Origin: Wolbachia endosymbiont of Cimex lectularius | GTDB lineage: Bacteria; Pseudomonadota; Alphaproteobacteria; Rickettsiales; Anaplasmataceae | NCBI RefSeq assembly: GCF_000829315.1 | Contig: NZ_AP013028.1 | Location: 120,001 to 152,000, forward strand | Reading direction: 5' to 3' | DNA length: 32,000 nucleotides | Shown here: piece by piece, positions 9,379 to 18,960 of the stretch | Numbering within the stretch: position 1 is the first letter of the stretch | Layout of the letters: every line of letters starts with the position of its first letter | Notes under the pieces: model-generated | What the model was told of the DNA's origin: nothing | Databases searched by the model: none | Seen by the model: the letters and a program-made list of their open reading frames with translations, nothing else | Program-made: the position numbers and the translations under genes

Positions 9379-11922
9379 ATGAAATATGATTTTAAAAACG
9401 TTGAAAAATTTTATCAAGATAAGTGGAATTTTTCTGTAAGCAAAAATAGCAAGCAAGAGAAATGTTACGTATTGGAGATGTTTCCATATCCATCTGGTAA
9501 AATTCACATGGGACACTTACGTAACTATGCAATAGGAGATGTGATAGCGCGTTATAAGAGAGCTTGCGGATTTGAGGTTTTGCACCCAATTGGCTGGGAT
9601 GCGTTTGGGTTGCCAGCTGAAAATGCAGCAAGGGACAATAATATTAGCCCTGCGGCATGGACGAAAGAGAATATAGATAGTATGCATGCGCAGCTTAGAT
9701 CTATAGGTCTTTCTTATAACTGGGAGCGTGAACTCTCCACATGTGAACCTGACTATTACAAACACGAACAAAAATTTTTCCTGGATTTTTTAAAGCATGG
9801 GCTTGCCTACCGAAAAGAGTCGTGGGTTAACTGGGACCCGGTAGACCAAACAGTGCTTGCAAATGAACAAGTAGTCGATGGAAAAGGGTGGCGGTCAGGC
9901 ACAGTTGTTGAAAAACGTAAGTTATCCCAATGGTTTTTAAAGATTACTGATTTCGCTGAAGATTTACTCAAGTGTTTGCAAGATTTAAAAAATTGGCCAG
10001 AGAAAGTCAAAACAATGCAAGAGCGCTGGATAGGAAAATCCGAAGGGGTCATCATAGAGTTTGAAATAGTTGGTCTAAATAAGAAATTAAAGATTTTTAC
10101 AACTTCCCCGCATACTTTGTTTGGAGCTTCTTTTCTTGCGGTAGCAGCAGAGCACCCTATTGTGCAGGATATCATGCTTCCAGATGCTCCTGAAGTTTTG
10201 TCATCCCAGTGCTTCGACACTGGGATCCAGCAAAAAGATGAATGGATTCCAGCGTCACGCACTGGAATGACAATTGATAATATAAACACAAAGGGGGAAA
10301 ATGACGAAAAATTTGGGATTTACACCGGATTGAATGTCAAACACCCATTCCTTGACAAGGAATTGCCGCTCTATATAGCGAATTTTGTATTGATGGAGTA
10401 TGGAGAAGGTGCAATTTTTGGGTGCCCTGCTCATGATCAGCGTGATTTTGAATTTGTACAGAAATATGATTTGCCGATTATTCCTGTAGTTCGTGAAGAG
10501 GTTCCACAAGCCACAGAGACCTTAAAAGAAGTATATACCGGCGATGGGGTAATGTTCAACTCTGAATTCTTAAACGGATTAACTGTCAGCAAAGCAAAGG
10601 AAGTAGCCATTAAAAAGCTTGAAGAAAAAGGAATAGGCAAAAAAACGATAAACTATCGTTTACATGATTGGGGAATTTCAAGGCAACGTTATTGGGGATG
10701 CCCTATACCTATAATATATTGTAAAGATTGTGGAACTGTGCAAGTGCCAGAAAGAGACCTTCCCGTAGTTCTGCCGACGGATGTGGAATTTACCAGCGGT
10801 GGCAATCCGCTTGATAAACATCCAACTTGGAAGTTTGTTGATTGCCCAAAATGCGGAAAACAAGCAGAGCGTGAAACTGATACATTTGACACCTTTTTTG
10901 AATCTTCCTGGTATTTTGCTGCATTTTGTAGTGAAAATAAGTCTATCAATAAGGATGCGTGTAATCGTTTTATGCCTGTAGATTATTATATAGGTGGAAT
11001 AGAACATGCGATCTTGCACCTGCTTTACTCACGATTTTTCTGCCGCGCTTTGACCAAATGTGGTTACCTTGATACTAAGGAGCCTTTCTCTACTTTGATC
11101 ACTCAAGGGATGGTCTGTCATGTAACTTACAAAGATGAGAATGGCAAATGGCTTTTTCCTGAAGAAGCAAAGGAATTGATGGCACAAGGTGCTGAGGTTC
11201 AAGTTGGAAAAGTCGAGAAGATGAGTAAATCAAAAAAGAATACAGTTGATCCAAATTTTATCATAGAAAAGTACGGTGCTGATACTGCTCGCTTGTTCGT
11301 ATTATCTGACACTCCTCCAGAGAAAGATATGGAGTGGTCCGATGATGGCGTAGAAGGTTGTTCTCGCTATATAAATAAATTGTGGCGCATGGTAATGCAG
11401 CTAAGACCCGTGAATATGCGCTATGATAACGAAAGTGTTACAGGTAAACTTTTAGAATACAGAAAAAAAATACATAAGCTCTTGCACGGACTTACAGACG
11501 ACTTGGAAAGCTGCAGATTAAACTGTGTAGTGGCAAAATTTCGTGAAATGACGAATTTAATAGCTGAAATAGATGTGAAAGATGGAAAATCTCTTATTGA
11601 TGAAGGTATATGTATACTAATCAGAGTAATTGAGCCATTTATACCACACCTGGCTGAAAACTTATGGCAAGAAATAAGAGACGAAGGTATGCTATATCTA
11701 AAGCCTTGGCCACAAGCTACCAAATCATTACTGATTGATGATGTGGTAACTGTGGCAGTTCAGATCAATGGAAAATTGCGTACAACAATCGAGGTGGCAG
11801 CTGACTTATCTCAAGAAGAATTAAAGAAAATAGCAATAGACTCTGTGTCCAATAGGATTGATCAAAGCAAAGTTCGCGCTATATATGCTGTACCAAATAA
11901 GATAGTAAACATAGTTATATAA
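9379..11922 (+). CDS. leuS: Leucyl-tRNA synthetase with an in-frame palindromic-element insertion in the CP1 editing region
   Basis: 847 aa; [28 protein letters not shown] (HIGH region), [24 protein letters not shown] (KMSKS). Insert [25 protein letters not shown] encoded around 10195..10273. Confidence 0.97.
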   Translation: MKYDFKNVEKFYQDKWNFSVSKNSKQEKCYVLEMFPYPSGKIHMGHLRNYAIGDVIARYKRACGFEVLHPIGWDAFGLPAENAARDNNISPAAWTKENIDSMHAQLRSIGLSYNWERELSTCEPDYYKHEQKFFLDFLKHGLAYRKESWVNWDPVDQTVLANEQVVDGKGWRSGTVVEKRKLSQWFLKITDFAEDLLKCLQDLKNWPEKVKTMQERWIGKSEGVIIEFEIVGLNKKLKIFTTSPHTLFGASFLAVAAEHPIVQDIMLPDAPEVLSSQCFDTGIQQKDEWIPASRTGMTIDNINTKGENDEKFGIYTGLNVKHPFLDKELPLYIANFVLMEYGEGAIFGCPAHDQRDFEFVQKYDLPIIPVVREEVPQATETLKEVYTGDGVMFNSEFLNGLTVSKAKEVAIKKLEEKGIGKKTINYRLHDWGISRQRYWGCPIPIIYCKDCGTVQVPERDLPVVLPTDVEFTSGGNPLDKHPTWKFVDCPKCGKQAERETDTFDTFFESSWYFAAFCSENKSINKDACNRFMPVDYYIGGIEHAILHLLYSRFFCRALTKCGYLDTKEPFSTLITQGMVCHVTYKDENGKWLFPEEAKELMAQGAEVQVGKVEKMSKSKKNTVDPNFIIEKYGADTARLFVLSDTPPEKDMEWSDDGVEGCSRYINKLWRMVMQLRPVNMRYDNESVTGKLLEYRKKIHKLLHGLTDDLESCRLNCVVAKFREMTNLIAEIDVKDGKSLIDEGICILIRVIEPFIPHLAENLWQEIRDEGMLYLKPWPQATKSLLIDDVVTVAVQINGKLRTTIEVAADLSQEELKKIAIDSVSNRIDQSKVRAIYAVPNKIVNIVI
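10199..10272. repeat. Palindromic element inserted in frame in leuS
   Basis: TGTCATCCCAGTGCTTCGACACTGGGATCCAG...TGGATTCCAGCGTCACGCACTGGAATGACA; nearly the same 74 bp as 112..185. Confidence 0.9.
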
Positions 11923-12044
11923 AAATCTGAGTAGCGCTTCCCTAACTTTATAGTTATACTTTTTTTAACATGTAATTATACCTTTTTAAATATAAAGGTT
12001 ATATACTTGTACATTATATATATTTTTTTTGTATGAGGAGTTAT

Positions 12045-12948
12045 ATGAAAATGAAGAGATTATGCACCTTAGCTGTATTACTCACTTCATCTCTAGCGAA
12101 TGCAGCGGGTGATGTAGCGGCTAGTTTAGAAAGTCAGTACTACGCAAGGTTTAAACTTTGGTGCTGGATGGGGTGGTGGCTTTGTAGTGAAACCTAGCGT
12201 CGTCTTTGGTTATCATTATGACCAAAACTCTAAATTTGAACTTGAGGTTCTTAGTAATGTTAAGTCATTAAAGAGCATAGGAGCTAGCCTGCTGGCAAAC
12301 TACCGTTTTTATCCTGACCTTGATATCGACCCTGTTAAACTATACGTCAGTGGAGGTTTAGGTGGATATCTCCAAATAGTACCTTTTGGCTTTGGTAGTG
12401 GTAGTAAAAAAGCAGTTTCTAATTCAAGTACAGCTGCAATAGCAGCGACAGAAGGAGGTGATGCAGAAGAAGGTGATGCAGAAGAAGGTGATGCAGGAGG
12501 AGATGCGATAGAAGAAAGTGCGCCAGCGGATAAAGAAGATAAGAAAATAAAAGATATTAAAGAAGTAGTGAAGGAGGTAAAGGAGATAGAAAAGGGTATA
12601 AAGGAGATGAAGGAATTAGAGAAGCAGAGAAAGTTGTTAAAGGATCTAGAGGCGATAGGGGAGGATCTAGATGGAATAGAGAAGGCGAAGAAGAAGATAA
12701 AGGAGCTAGAGAAGCTAGATAAAGAGATAGATGAGATAGGGAATGGGATAAATACAGTTAATTTATCTCTAGCAGACAAAATACTGGGTTCTATTTCCTA
12801 TAAACTAAAGGTTGGCGTTGATTATGAAATTACTCCACAGATAGTTGGTGCAGTTGGTATTACCGTAGGCGGGCAACTAAGTGGTTTTAAACCACCGATA
12901 AAAATGCCAGATACAACTTTAGAGGTAGGAATTCGTTATAATTTTTAG
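12045..12948 (+). pseudogene. Wsp-like outer-membrane beta-barrel protein, paralog 1, frameshifted by one extra A
   Basis: Signal peptide MKMKRLCTLAVLLTSSLANA, then ...LESQYYA. An extra A at ~12146/12147 (GCAAGGTTTAAAC, versus ACAGGTTTAAAC in the paralog) moves the reading to the 12187..12948 frame ending GVRYNF-type GIRYNF. Confidence 0.8.
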
Positions 12949-13125
12949 TGTGAGTATTAATCTTCAGTATTGCACCCTGTTTAATGCTTAGATAATCTAA
13001 CTTGTGAAAAAATTATGCCAAGGCAAAGTACTTAAATTTACTGCCAGCAGACAGAATTGTTTAGACGCTTATTTTCTCTTAATCCAGCCTGTTTTGAGTA
13101 AGGACAAACACAGTATGAGGTCCAT

Positions 13126-14131
13126 ATGGAGATGAAGAAATTGTTTGCTTTTGCCATATTGCTTACTTTATCTTTAGCAGGTGTAGCAAAGGATGCGGCT
13201 GATTTAGAAAATAAATACTACACAGGTTTAAACTTTGGTGCTGGGTGAGGTGATGGCTTTAAAATGGAGCCTGGAGTTGTTTTTGGTTATCATCATAACA
13301 AAAAATCCAAGTTCGAACTTGAGGTTCTCAGTGAGATTCAGTCACTACAGAACATAGGAGCTGGTCTGCTAGCAAATTACCGTTATTATCCTAATCCTGA
13401 TACTAATCCAGTAAAACTTTATGTTGGTGTAGGCTTAGGAGGATATCTTCAAATCGTACCTTTTGGTAGCAGTAAAGGTCCTAAAGATTTGGCAATGGGA
13501 GAAGCACGAAAAATGAGAAGTATTCTTGGTGATATGTTTGATCTTGTTGGAGATTTAGTTGTAGGACCAAAAAAAAGGGAGAAAAAGGATACAAAAAAAC
13601 CGCCAGTGAAAGAAAAACCAAAACCTACAGCTGAAGAAGAGCCGAAACCACCTGTGGAAGAAAAACCAAAACCGCCTATGGAAGAAAAACAAAACCTACA
13701 ACTGAAGAAGAACCAAAACCACCAGTAGAGGACGAAACAAAACCGCCAACTGAAGAAGAAACAAAATTACCGGTGAAAGACGAAACAAAACCGCCAATGC
13801 AACCAACAGCAAAAGAAAAAATAACTGAAGTAGATAAGGAAACTACTACTGTGGCAGATGGAAAAAAACAACAACACCAGTAAAAGAAGCAATACCTCCA
13901 ATGAAAAGAGAAACAAAACTACCAATGGTAGCAGAAAAAGAAATGTTAACTCTAGCAGACAAAATACTGGGCTCTATTTCCTATAAACTAAAGGTTGGCG
14001 TTGATTATGAAATTACTCCACAGATAGTTGGTGCAGTTGGTATTACCATAGGCGGGCAACTAAGTGGTTTTAAACCACCGATAAAAATGCCAGACGCGAC
14101 TTTAGAGGTAGGGATTCGTTATAATTTTTAA
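13126..14131 (+). pseudogene. Wsp-like outer-membrane beta-barrel protein, paralog 2, with a premature TGA and two frameshifts in a proline/glutamate/lysine-rich segment
   Basis: MEMKKLFAFAILLTLSLAGVAKDAADLENKYYTGLNFGAG then TGA at 13246..13248 (TGG in paralog 1). The frame breaks again around 13690..13700 and 13875..13885, and the terminal barrel segment is in ORF 13901..14131. Confidence 0.8.
13570..13900 (+). repeat. Degenerate tandem repeats encoding (P)KPPVEEKPKPPMEE-type units
   Basis: Repeated short units such as CCAAAACCGCCTATGGAAGAAAAA / CCGAAACCACCTGTGGAAGAAAAA. Confidence 0.7.
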
Positions 14132-14189
14132 ATATATTTTTAGTATTTATGTAAAAAAGAGATTGAAAATGCACTTCTTGCATAACTAA

Positions 14190-14659
14190 ACTGAGCAGAA
14201 AAAAAGACAAAAGAAACCCTAGTCAATACCTATTTTAATAACTTGGCGTTAATGCTCTATACGCTTGACAAGTAGCTGACCTTGGGATTGTAAATACCCA
14301 TAATTTTACGATAAGTGAAATGTCGAAACTTGTCAAGCAATTTTTTTGTGAAAAAAATGAGATTGGTTAAATTTTTAACTAATTAGAAAAAAAGACAAAA
14401 AAACCCCGCAACGTGAGTTGTTTACTGTTCTCTCAAAACTTGGCGTCCGATTCTCTCTTACACCGCTTAATAAGCGAAGCTCAGCTAATGTAGACAAAAA
14501 ATTATAAAGACATGCAGTGCCCATGCTGCAAAAATTAAACATAACACGCCTTGTTTTATACTGTGCTTTTGTCACTTAATACAAGATTAAAGATAAATTT
14601 TAGGCCTAAAACACCCATAACCCTATTATAAGGGGACTGGTGAAGGTTGTCAAGTAGTT
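14190..14659 (-). repeat. Dispersed promoter-bearing intergenic repeat, copy III (two head-to-tail degenerate units)
   Basis: On the minus strand: AAAAAAACTACTTGACA-N17-TATAAT, ...GGCGTGTTATGTTTAATTTTTGCAGCATGGGCACTGCATGTCTTT..., GGGGTTTTTTTGTCTTTTTTTCTAATTAG, then a second TTGACAAGTTTCGACATTTCACTTATCGT and GGGTTTCTTTTGTCTTTTTTTCTGCTCAG. Confidence 0.7.
14625..14653 (-). promoter_or_regulatory. Consensus sigma70 promoter on the minus strand (TTGACA-17 bp-TATAAT)
   Basis: Minus-strand TTGACA at 14653..14648 and TATAAT at 14630..14625 with a 17 bp spacer; overlaps the nth stop codon. Confidence 0.65.
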
Positions 14660-15381
14660 TTTTTGTTTCCATGGCTTAGGCAGCTATTTGGGCAACAGAC
14701 CTTATACCTCTTGCCCTCAAATTCGCATAAATCATGAATTATGCACGTTTCACACGAGGGTTTTTGTGCTTTGCAAACATATCTACCGTGCAAAACCAGC
14801 CAATGATGAGCATAAAGCAAGTATTTCTTTGGAACTACATTTAAAAGGGATTGCTCCGTTTTAAACACATCTTTTTCTTTCACAAGCCCCACTCTATTGC
14901 TAACTCTAAAAACATGAGTATCAACCGCCAATGTTGGAACGCCAAGCCCTGAATTTAAGAACACATTAGCGCTCTTTCTCCCTACCCCTGGCAAAGATAC
15001 CAAATCGTCAAAACTCGCAGGAACTTCGCTATTGTACCGCTCAACTAATATTCTGCTGAGTTCAATTATGTTTCTTACCTTGGAATTATACAAACCAATG
15101 CTGCTTATGCGTTTCCTCAGCTCTTCTTGCCCCAATTCTAGCATCTTTTCTGGCGTATCGGTGATGCTAAATAGCTCTTTTGTAATTTTATTAACGCTTA
15201 CATCGGTCGTCCGCGCTGACAAAACTATCGCAACCAGCAATGTAAAATGATTGGTGTAATTTAGCTCTATTTTCGGTATAGAATTCGACTGCTTGAACTT
15301 TTCAAATATCAATTCTACTTTTTTTGAGTCCATTTCATTTATAGCATCTTTTTTAAGAAAAGAACCCCTCCTTCCCATCAT
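14650..15381 (-). CDS. nth: Endonuclease III; start may be the internal Met at about 15333
   Basis: LLVAIVLSARTTDVSVNKIT, LPGVGRKSANVFLNSGLGVPTLAVDTHVFRVSNRVGLV (HhH-GPD) and a C-terminal CX6CX2CX5C-like Fe-S motif, CETCIIHDLCEF. Confidence 0.93.
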   Translation of the reverse strand: MMGRRGSFLKKDAINEMDSKKVELIFEKFKQSNSIPKIELNYTNHFTLLVAIVLSARTTDVSVNKITKELFSITDTPEKMLELGQEELRKRISSIGLYNSKVRNIIELSRILVERYNSEVPASFDDLVSLPGVGRKSANVFLNSGLGVPTLAVDTHVFRVSNRVGLVKEKDVFKTEQSLLNVVPKKYLLYAHHWLVLHGRYVCKAQKPSCETCIIHDLCEFEGKRYKVCCPNSCLSHGNKKTT

Positions 15382-16780
15382 ACAAATACAACTTATCCAT
15401 TCTCACCACGTCAAAGTTATTTTCTTCAAGTGTGACTAGCAGGCTATTTACATCACTATTTGTAATAGTTTTCTTTTCATTATTTGCAATAAACCTGCAG
15501 GTTATTTGATCACTTAAAGATTTTGGACTTCCCGGCCAAATTGCAAGCCCTTTTGAGTATATTGCTATAATTTTCGGATTACTCGATTCAAATAACTTCA
15601 CTATTTGATCAAAACCAGCTGACTTACTCCAGGCAATTGTTATATCGCTACCAACCAGCTTTCTAATTTTGTAGTCCTGCTTACAGTCATCTTGTGTTTT
15701 ATTTACTCTACTATTTGCACCGCTGCCAATTATAAGCTCAGATAACGTTATGGGTTTTTTCCCTAGATTATCTATAACAGCTTCTGCAAATTCTTTGGTA
15801 CCAACTTTCTGTTTACTCCTTTTCTCCTTATATAAATCGGTAGTGTGTATTCCATCCTCCAAAGTCTTCAGCCATGCATCGTAAATTAGTTTTGCAGTAC
15901 CCACCTGATCCATGTAAATTAGCATATGCACTGCAGCATTTAAAAGCCCTGAAGGATTAGCCATGTTTTTTCCTGCAATATCAGGAGCAGAACCGTGCAC
16001 TGCTTCAAACATTGCGTATTTACTCCCTATATTGCTACTTCCGGCTAACCCTACAGAACCTGAGGTTTGTGCTACTATATCTGACAATATATCACCATAC
16101 AAGTTCTCGGTTACTATAACATCGAATTTCTCAGGTTCTGTAGCAACACGTGCCATTCCAATGTCAACTATATAATGTTCTGCCTTGATATCTGGATATT
16201 CTTTTGCAATACGATCAAACGCTGCATGGAAAGTGCCGTCGGTCATTTTCATTATGTTATCTTTAGTCAGACAAGTTACTTTTTCTCTATTGTGCTTTTT
16301 TGCATATTCAAAAGCGTGCCTGCATATCTTCTCTGAGCCAGATCTAGTAATAATTTTAGTGCATTGGTAAGAGTCACCAGTGAGTCTATGCTCTATCCCT
16401 GTGTAAACGTCTTCTTCATTTTCGCGTATTACTACGATATCAAACTTATCGAATTTGTTTTCTATAACAGGATGATACGAAATACACGGTCTGATATTTG
16501 CATATAACCCTAAATTTTTTCTCAGCGCAACGTTTAAGCTTTTGTGGCCTTTACCTTGAGGAGTTGTTGTTGGAGACTTAAGCAATATCTTTGTCCTCTC
16601 AATAGATTCCCAGCCACTTGGAGAAATTCCGTGAGACCACTCCTTATTATAGACACGCTCTCCTATTTCAATAACGTCTACCGAGATCTTTGCCTCTGCT
16701 TCGCGCAATATCGACAGCACCGCTTCCATAATTTCTGGTCCGATACCGTCGCCATATGCAACTGTGATTGGTGTTGACAT
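15353..16780 (-). CDS. icd: Isocitrate dehydrogenase (isocitrate/isopropylmalate dehydrogenase family, alphaproteobacterial type)
   Basis: 475 aa; MSTPITVAYGDGIGPEIMEAVLSILREA, DIVVIRENEEDVYTGIEHR, NLYGDILSDIVAQTSGSVGLAGSSNIG, MFEAVHGSAPDIAGKNMANPSGLL. Confidence 0.93.
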   Translation of the reverse strand: MSTPITVAYGDGIGPEIMEAVLSILREAEAKISVDVIEIGERVYNKEWSHGISPSGWESIERTKILLKSPTTTPQGKGHKSLNVALRKNLGLYANIRPCISYHPVIENKFDKFDIVVIRENEEDVYTGIEHRLTGDSYQCTKIITRSGSEKICRHAFEYAKKHNREKVTCLTKDNIMKMTDGTFHAAFDRIAKEYPDIKAEHYIVDIGMARVATEPEKFDVIVTENLYGDILSDIVAQTSGSVGLAGSSNIGSKYAMFEAVHGSAPDIAGKNMANPSGLLNAAVHMLIYMDQVGTAKLIYDAWLKTLEDGIHTTDLYKEKRSKQKVGTKEFAEAVIDNLGKKPITLSELIIGSGANSRVNKTQDDCKQDYKIRKLVGSDITIAWSKSAGFDQIVKLFESSNPKIIAIYSKGLAIWPGSPKSLSDQITCRFIANNEKKTITNSDVNSLLVTLEENNFDVVRMDKLYLYDGKEGFFS

Positions 16781-16891
16781 AACTCTCCTAACTATAAATG
16801 ACTTAATGTTAATTCAAATGATAGAGTGACACAAGTGGTCAATATTTCCCAGATTAGCATATTTACGGTTATTTAATAACGTGCTTTTATA

Positions 16892-17251
16892 TTGGTGATA
16901 ACATTACAAAGTATAGATGGGGCTATGGATACTGAAATGAATGTCAAAGTAAATTATGCAGAAATTAATAAACGCGTTGTAGCGTACGTAGTTGACCAAA
17001 TACTATTTCTACTCTTTTACCTATTCATTTTGTTCATATCATCAGATAAACTCTTTACTGAATTTTTTAATTCCTTCTTTGATACAACCTCTATGTCAGT
17101 TCAAGTGGAAGCATTAGAAACATTACTGTTTGTAGTACTAGAAACATTAATGATAACAAGACTTGGCTGGACCCCAGGAAAATTGTTGTGTGGTATATAC
17201 ATAAAAGATGCAAGTACATCTAAGAACCTGTTTAAAATCTTGGAAATGTGA
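16892..17251 (+). pseudogene. RDD family membrane protein, 3' end replaced by IS sequence
   Basis: VNYAEINKRVVAYVVDQILFLLFYLFILF...ITRLGWTPGKLLCGIYIKDAST, then SKNLFKILEM, which comes from the IS terminus. Confidence 0.75.
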
Positions 17252-18083
17252 GGTAAAGTAAGCATAGATTAATAATGAGGTGTCTATGCAGAAAAGTTAT
17301 CCAAGTAATATAAGTCAAGAGCAGTTTGAAAAAATCAGGCCAATTTTGGAGAGTGCAAGCAGAAAACAAAACCAAGAAAACTTGATTTGTATGACGTATT
17401 TTGTGGGGTGTTGTACGTCTTAAAAAGTGGTTGTCAGTGGAGGATGTTACCAAAGGGTTTTCCAAGATGGAAAAGCGTATATTACTATTTTCGAGTGTGG
17501 AGTAAAAAGAATGGAGAAGAGCCAAGCTTGTTGGAATTAGTCTTAAAAAAAATTAGTTGGAGAGGTCCGTATCAGCAATGGTCGGAAAGAGAAAACTAGC
17601 TTTTGTATAATTGATTCTCAAAGCGTTAAAAACGCAGATACTGCTGAAAAAAAAGGCTATGATGCAGGTAAAAAGATTTCAGGGATAAAGCGCCATATTG
17701 CAGTTGATACACAAGGTTTGCCACATGCAATTTATGTAACAACGGCAGAAGCAACTGACCGTAGCAGTGCTGTGAAAATGGTCGAAAATGCTAAAGCAAA
17801 CCTCTCTGAAGTTAAAAACATACTGGTTGATGCTGGCTACACAGGAGAAAATTTTGCAACACAAATAAAAGCTATCATTGGTGCGACTGTTGAAGTAATA
17901 AAGCGAAGTGAGTTACACACTTTCGTCGTATTGCCAAAAAGATGGGTTGTTGAACGCTCTTTTGCCTGGTTAGAAAAGTGCAGGCGATTGTGGAAAAATT
18001 GCGAGCGGAAGCTCAACACTAGCTTACAGATGATAGTCCTCTCCTTCATTTCTCTCCTGTTACGAAGATTTTAAACAGGTTCT
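17223..18083 (+). mobile_element. IS5-family insertion sequence, copy 2 (861 bp, 1-nt deletion in orfA)
   Basis: Same terminal inverted repeats; TAA at both junctions. GAGAGTGCAAGC replaces GAGAGTAGCAAGC at ~17354, frameshifting orfA; orfB (17718..18074, ATG) is intact. Confidence 0.95.
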
Positions 18084-18096
18084 AATGAACCTACCA

Positions 18097-18774
18097 TTAG
18101 AAAATTAGAAAATTAGAAAAGGCCAAACACCAAATCAATCGAGAAGTAAGGACAGATTTCAAATTACCCATTCTAAATTGCTCGTTTGAAGCTATAACCT
18201 TTTGTGGTGAACGCAAAGCAAGGTATGCCGTAAAACCAATTATTATTGATATTACTCCAAGTGTTAAGGCAACATTTTGCCACTCATAACTTTCTATTAA
18301 TAAACCTACAAGCTTGCCTCCATAAATTGCGCCCGTAAGTCCTAAGGTGAATGAAAAACCTATCATTCTTGTGTACTGATCTCTAGGAAACCATTTTGAA
18401 ACTACTTTAGAGATACCTAAAAACCCAGTTGCAGAACATGCTCCTATTAAAAATCTACTCAATACTGCTAGGTAGAAATTATTTGTATATGTAAACACCA
18501 AAGTAGCAATACCACAAAGCATAGCAGATGCAAACACAATATATTGTGTACCAAATCTATCTAGTAAAATTGCAACTGGTATTTGCATTCCAGAATATCC
18601 GCAATAATAAAACGCTGCAAGTACTCCAAAATGGCTAGCATCTATAGCAAACTGATCCATAATTTGATGCATCATTAATCCAGGCCAAAGACGTAGGATA
18701 AACTGATATACAAAAAAGGATAATGGAAAAAACCACATAAAAAATGGCAAACACCTATGTTTGAGAGTAAGCAT
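18097..18774 (-). pseudogene. MFS transporter, N-terminal fragment truncated next to IS copy 2
   Basis: 225 aa with about six TM segments: FVYQFILRLWPGLMMHQIMDQFAIDASHFGVLAAFYYCGYSGMQIPVAILLDRFGTQ...FLIGACSATGFLG. Ends abruptly AFSNFLIF* within an 8-bp tandem repeat. Confidence 0.8.
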
Positions 18775-18960
18775 GAAGACCTCACTTTATTGATTATTTA
18801 AAAATTTTAGTAATGAAAATAATTATGAAGACGTGTATCGGCCTTAGCCGACAAGAATAAGAGAAATAATGATAAAACTGAAGTGCTTATGGTACATCAG
18901 AAGCAATAAACTCTAAGTTATAAATATAATTCTTATTTTATATTACTAAATTTTGTCCTA

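Noticed and set aside
13570-13900. Possible CRISPR-like or VNTR array
   Set aside because: Units are short, degenerate and coding (Pro/Lys/Glu repeats) with no spacers; best explained as a low-complexity protein segment.
14375-14575. 66-aa minus-strand ORF in the nth-wsp intergenic region
   Set aside because: Falls within the promoter-type repeat (copy III) with a non-protein-like composition; the conservation is at DNA level and not frame-related.
17223-18083. Inferring a proven rearrangement from the TAA flanks of IS copy 2
   Set aside because: TAA occurs at both ends, which is also compatible with simple insertion into already juxtaposed gene remnants. Only the truncation of both neighbours is solid, so it is reported as a question.
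18084-18960. The segment between IS copies 2 and 3 as a composite transposon
   Set aside because: It contains only a truncated chromosomal-type MFS gene and no accessory cargo. Each IS has its own apparent TAA flanks and there is no duplication spanning the whole structure.
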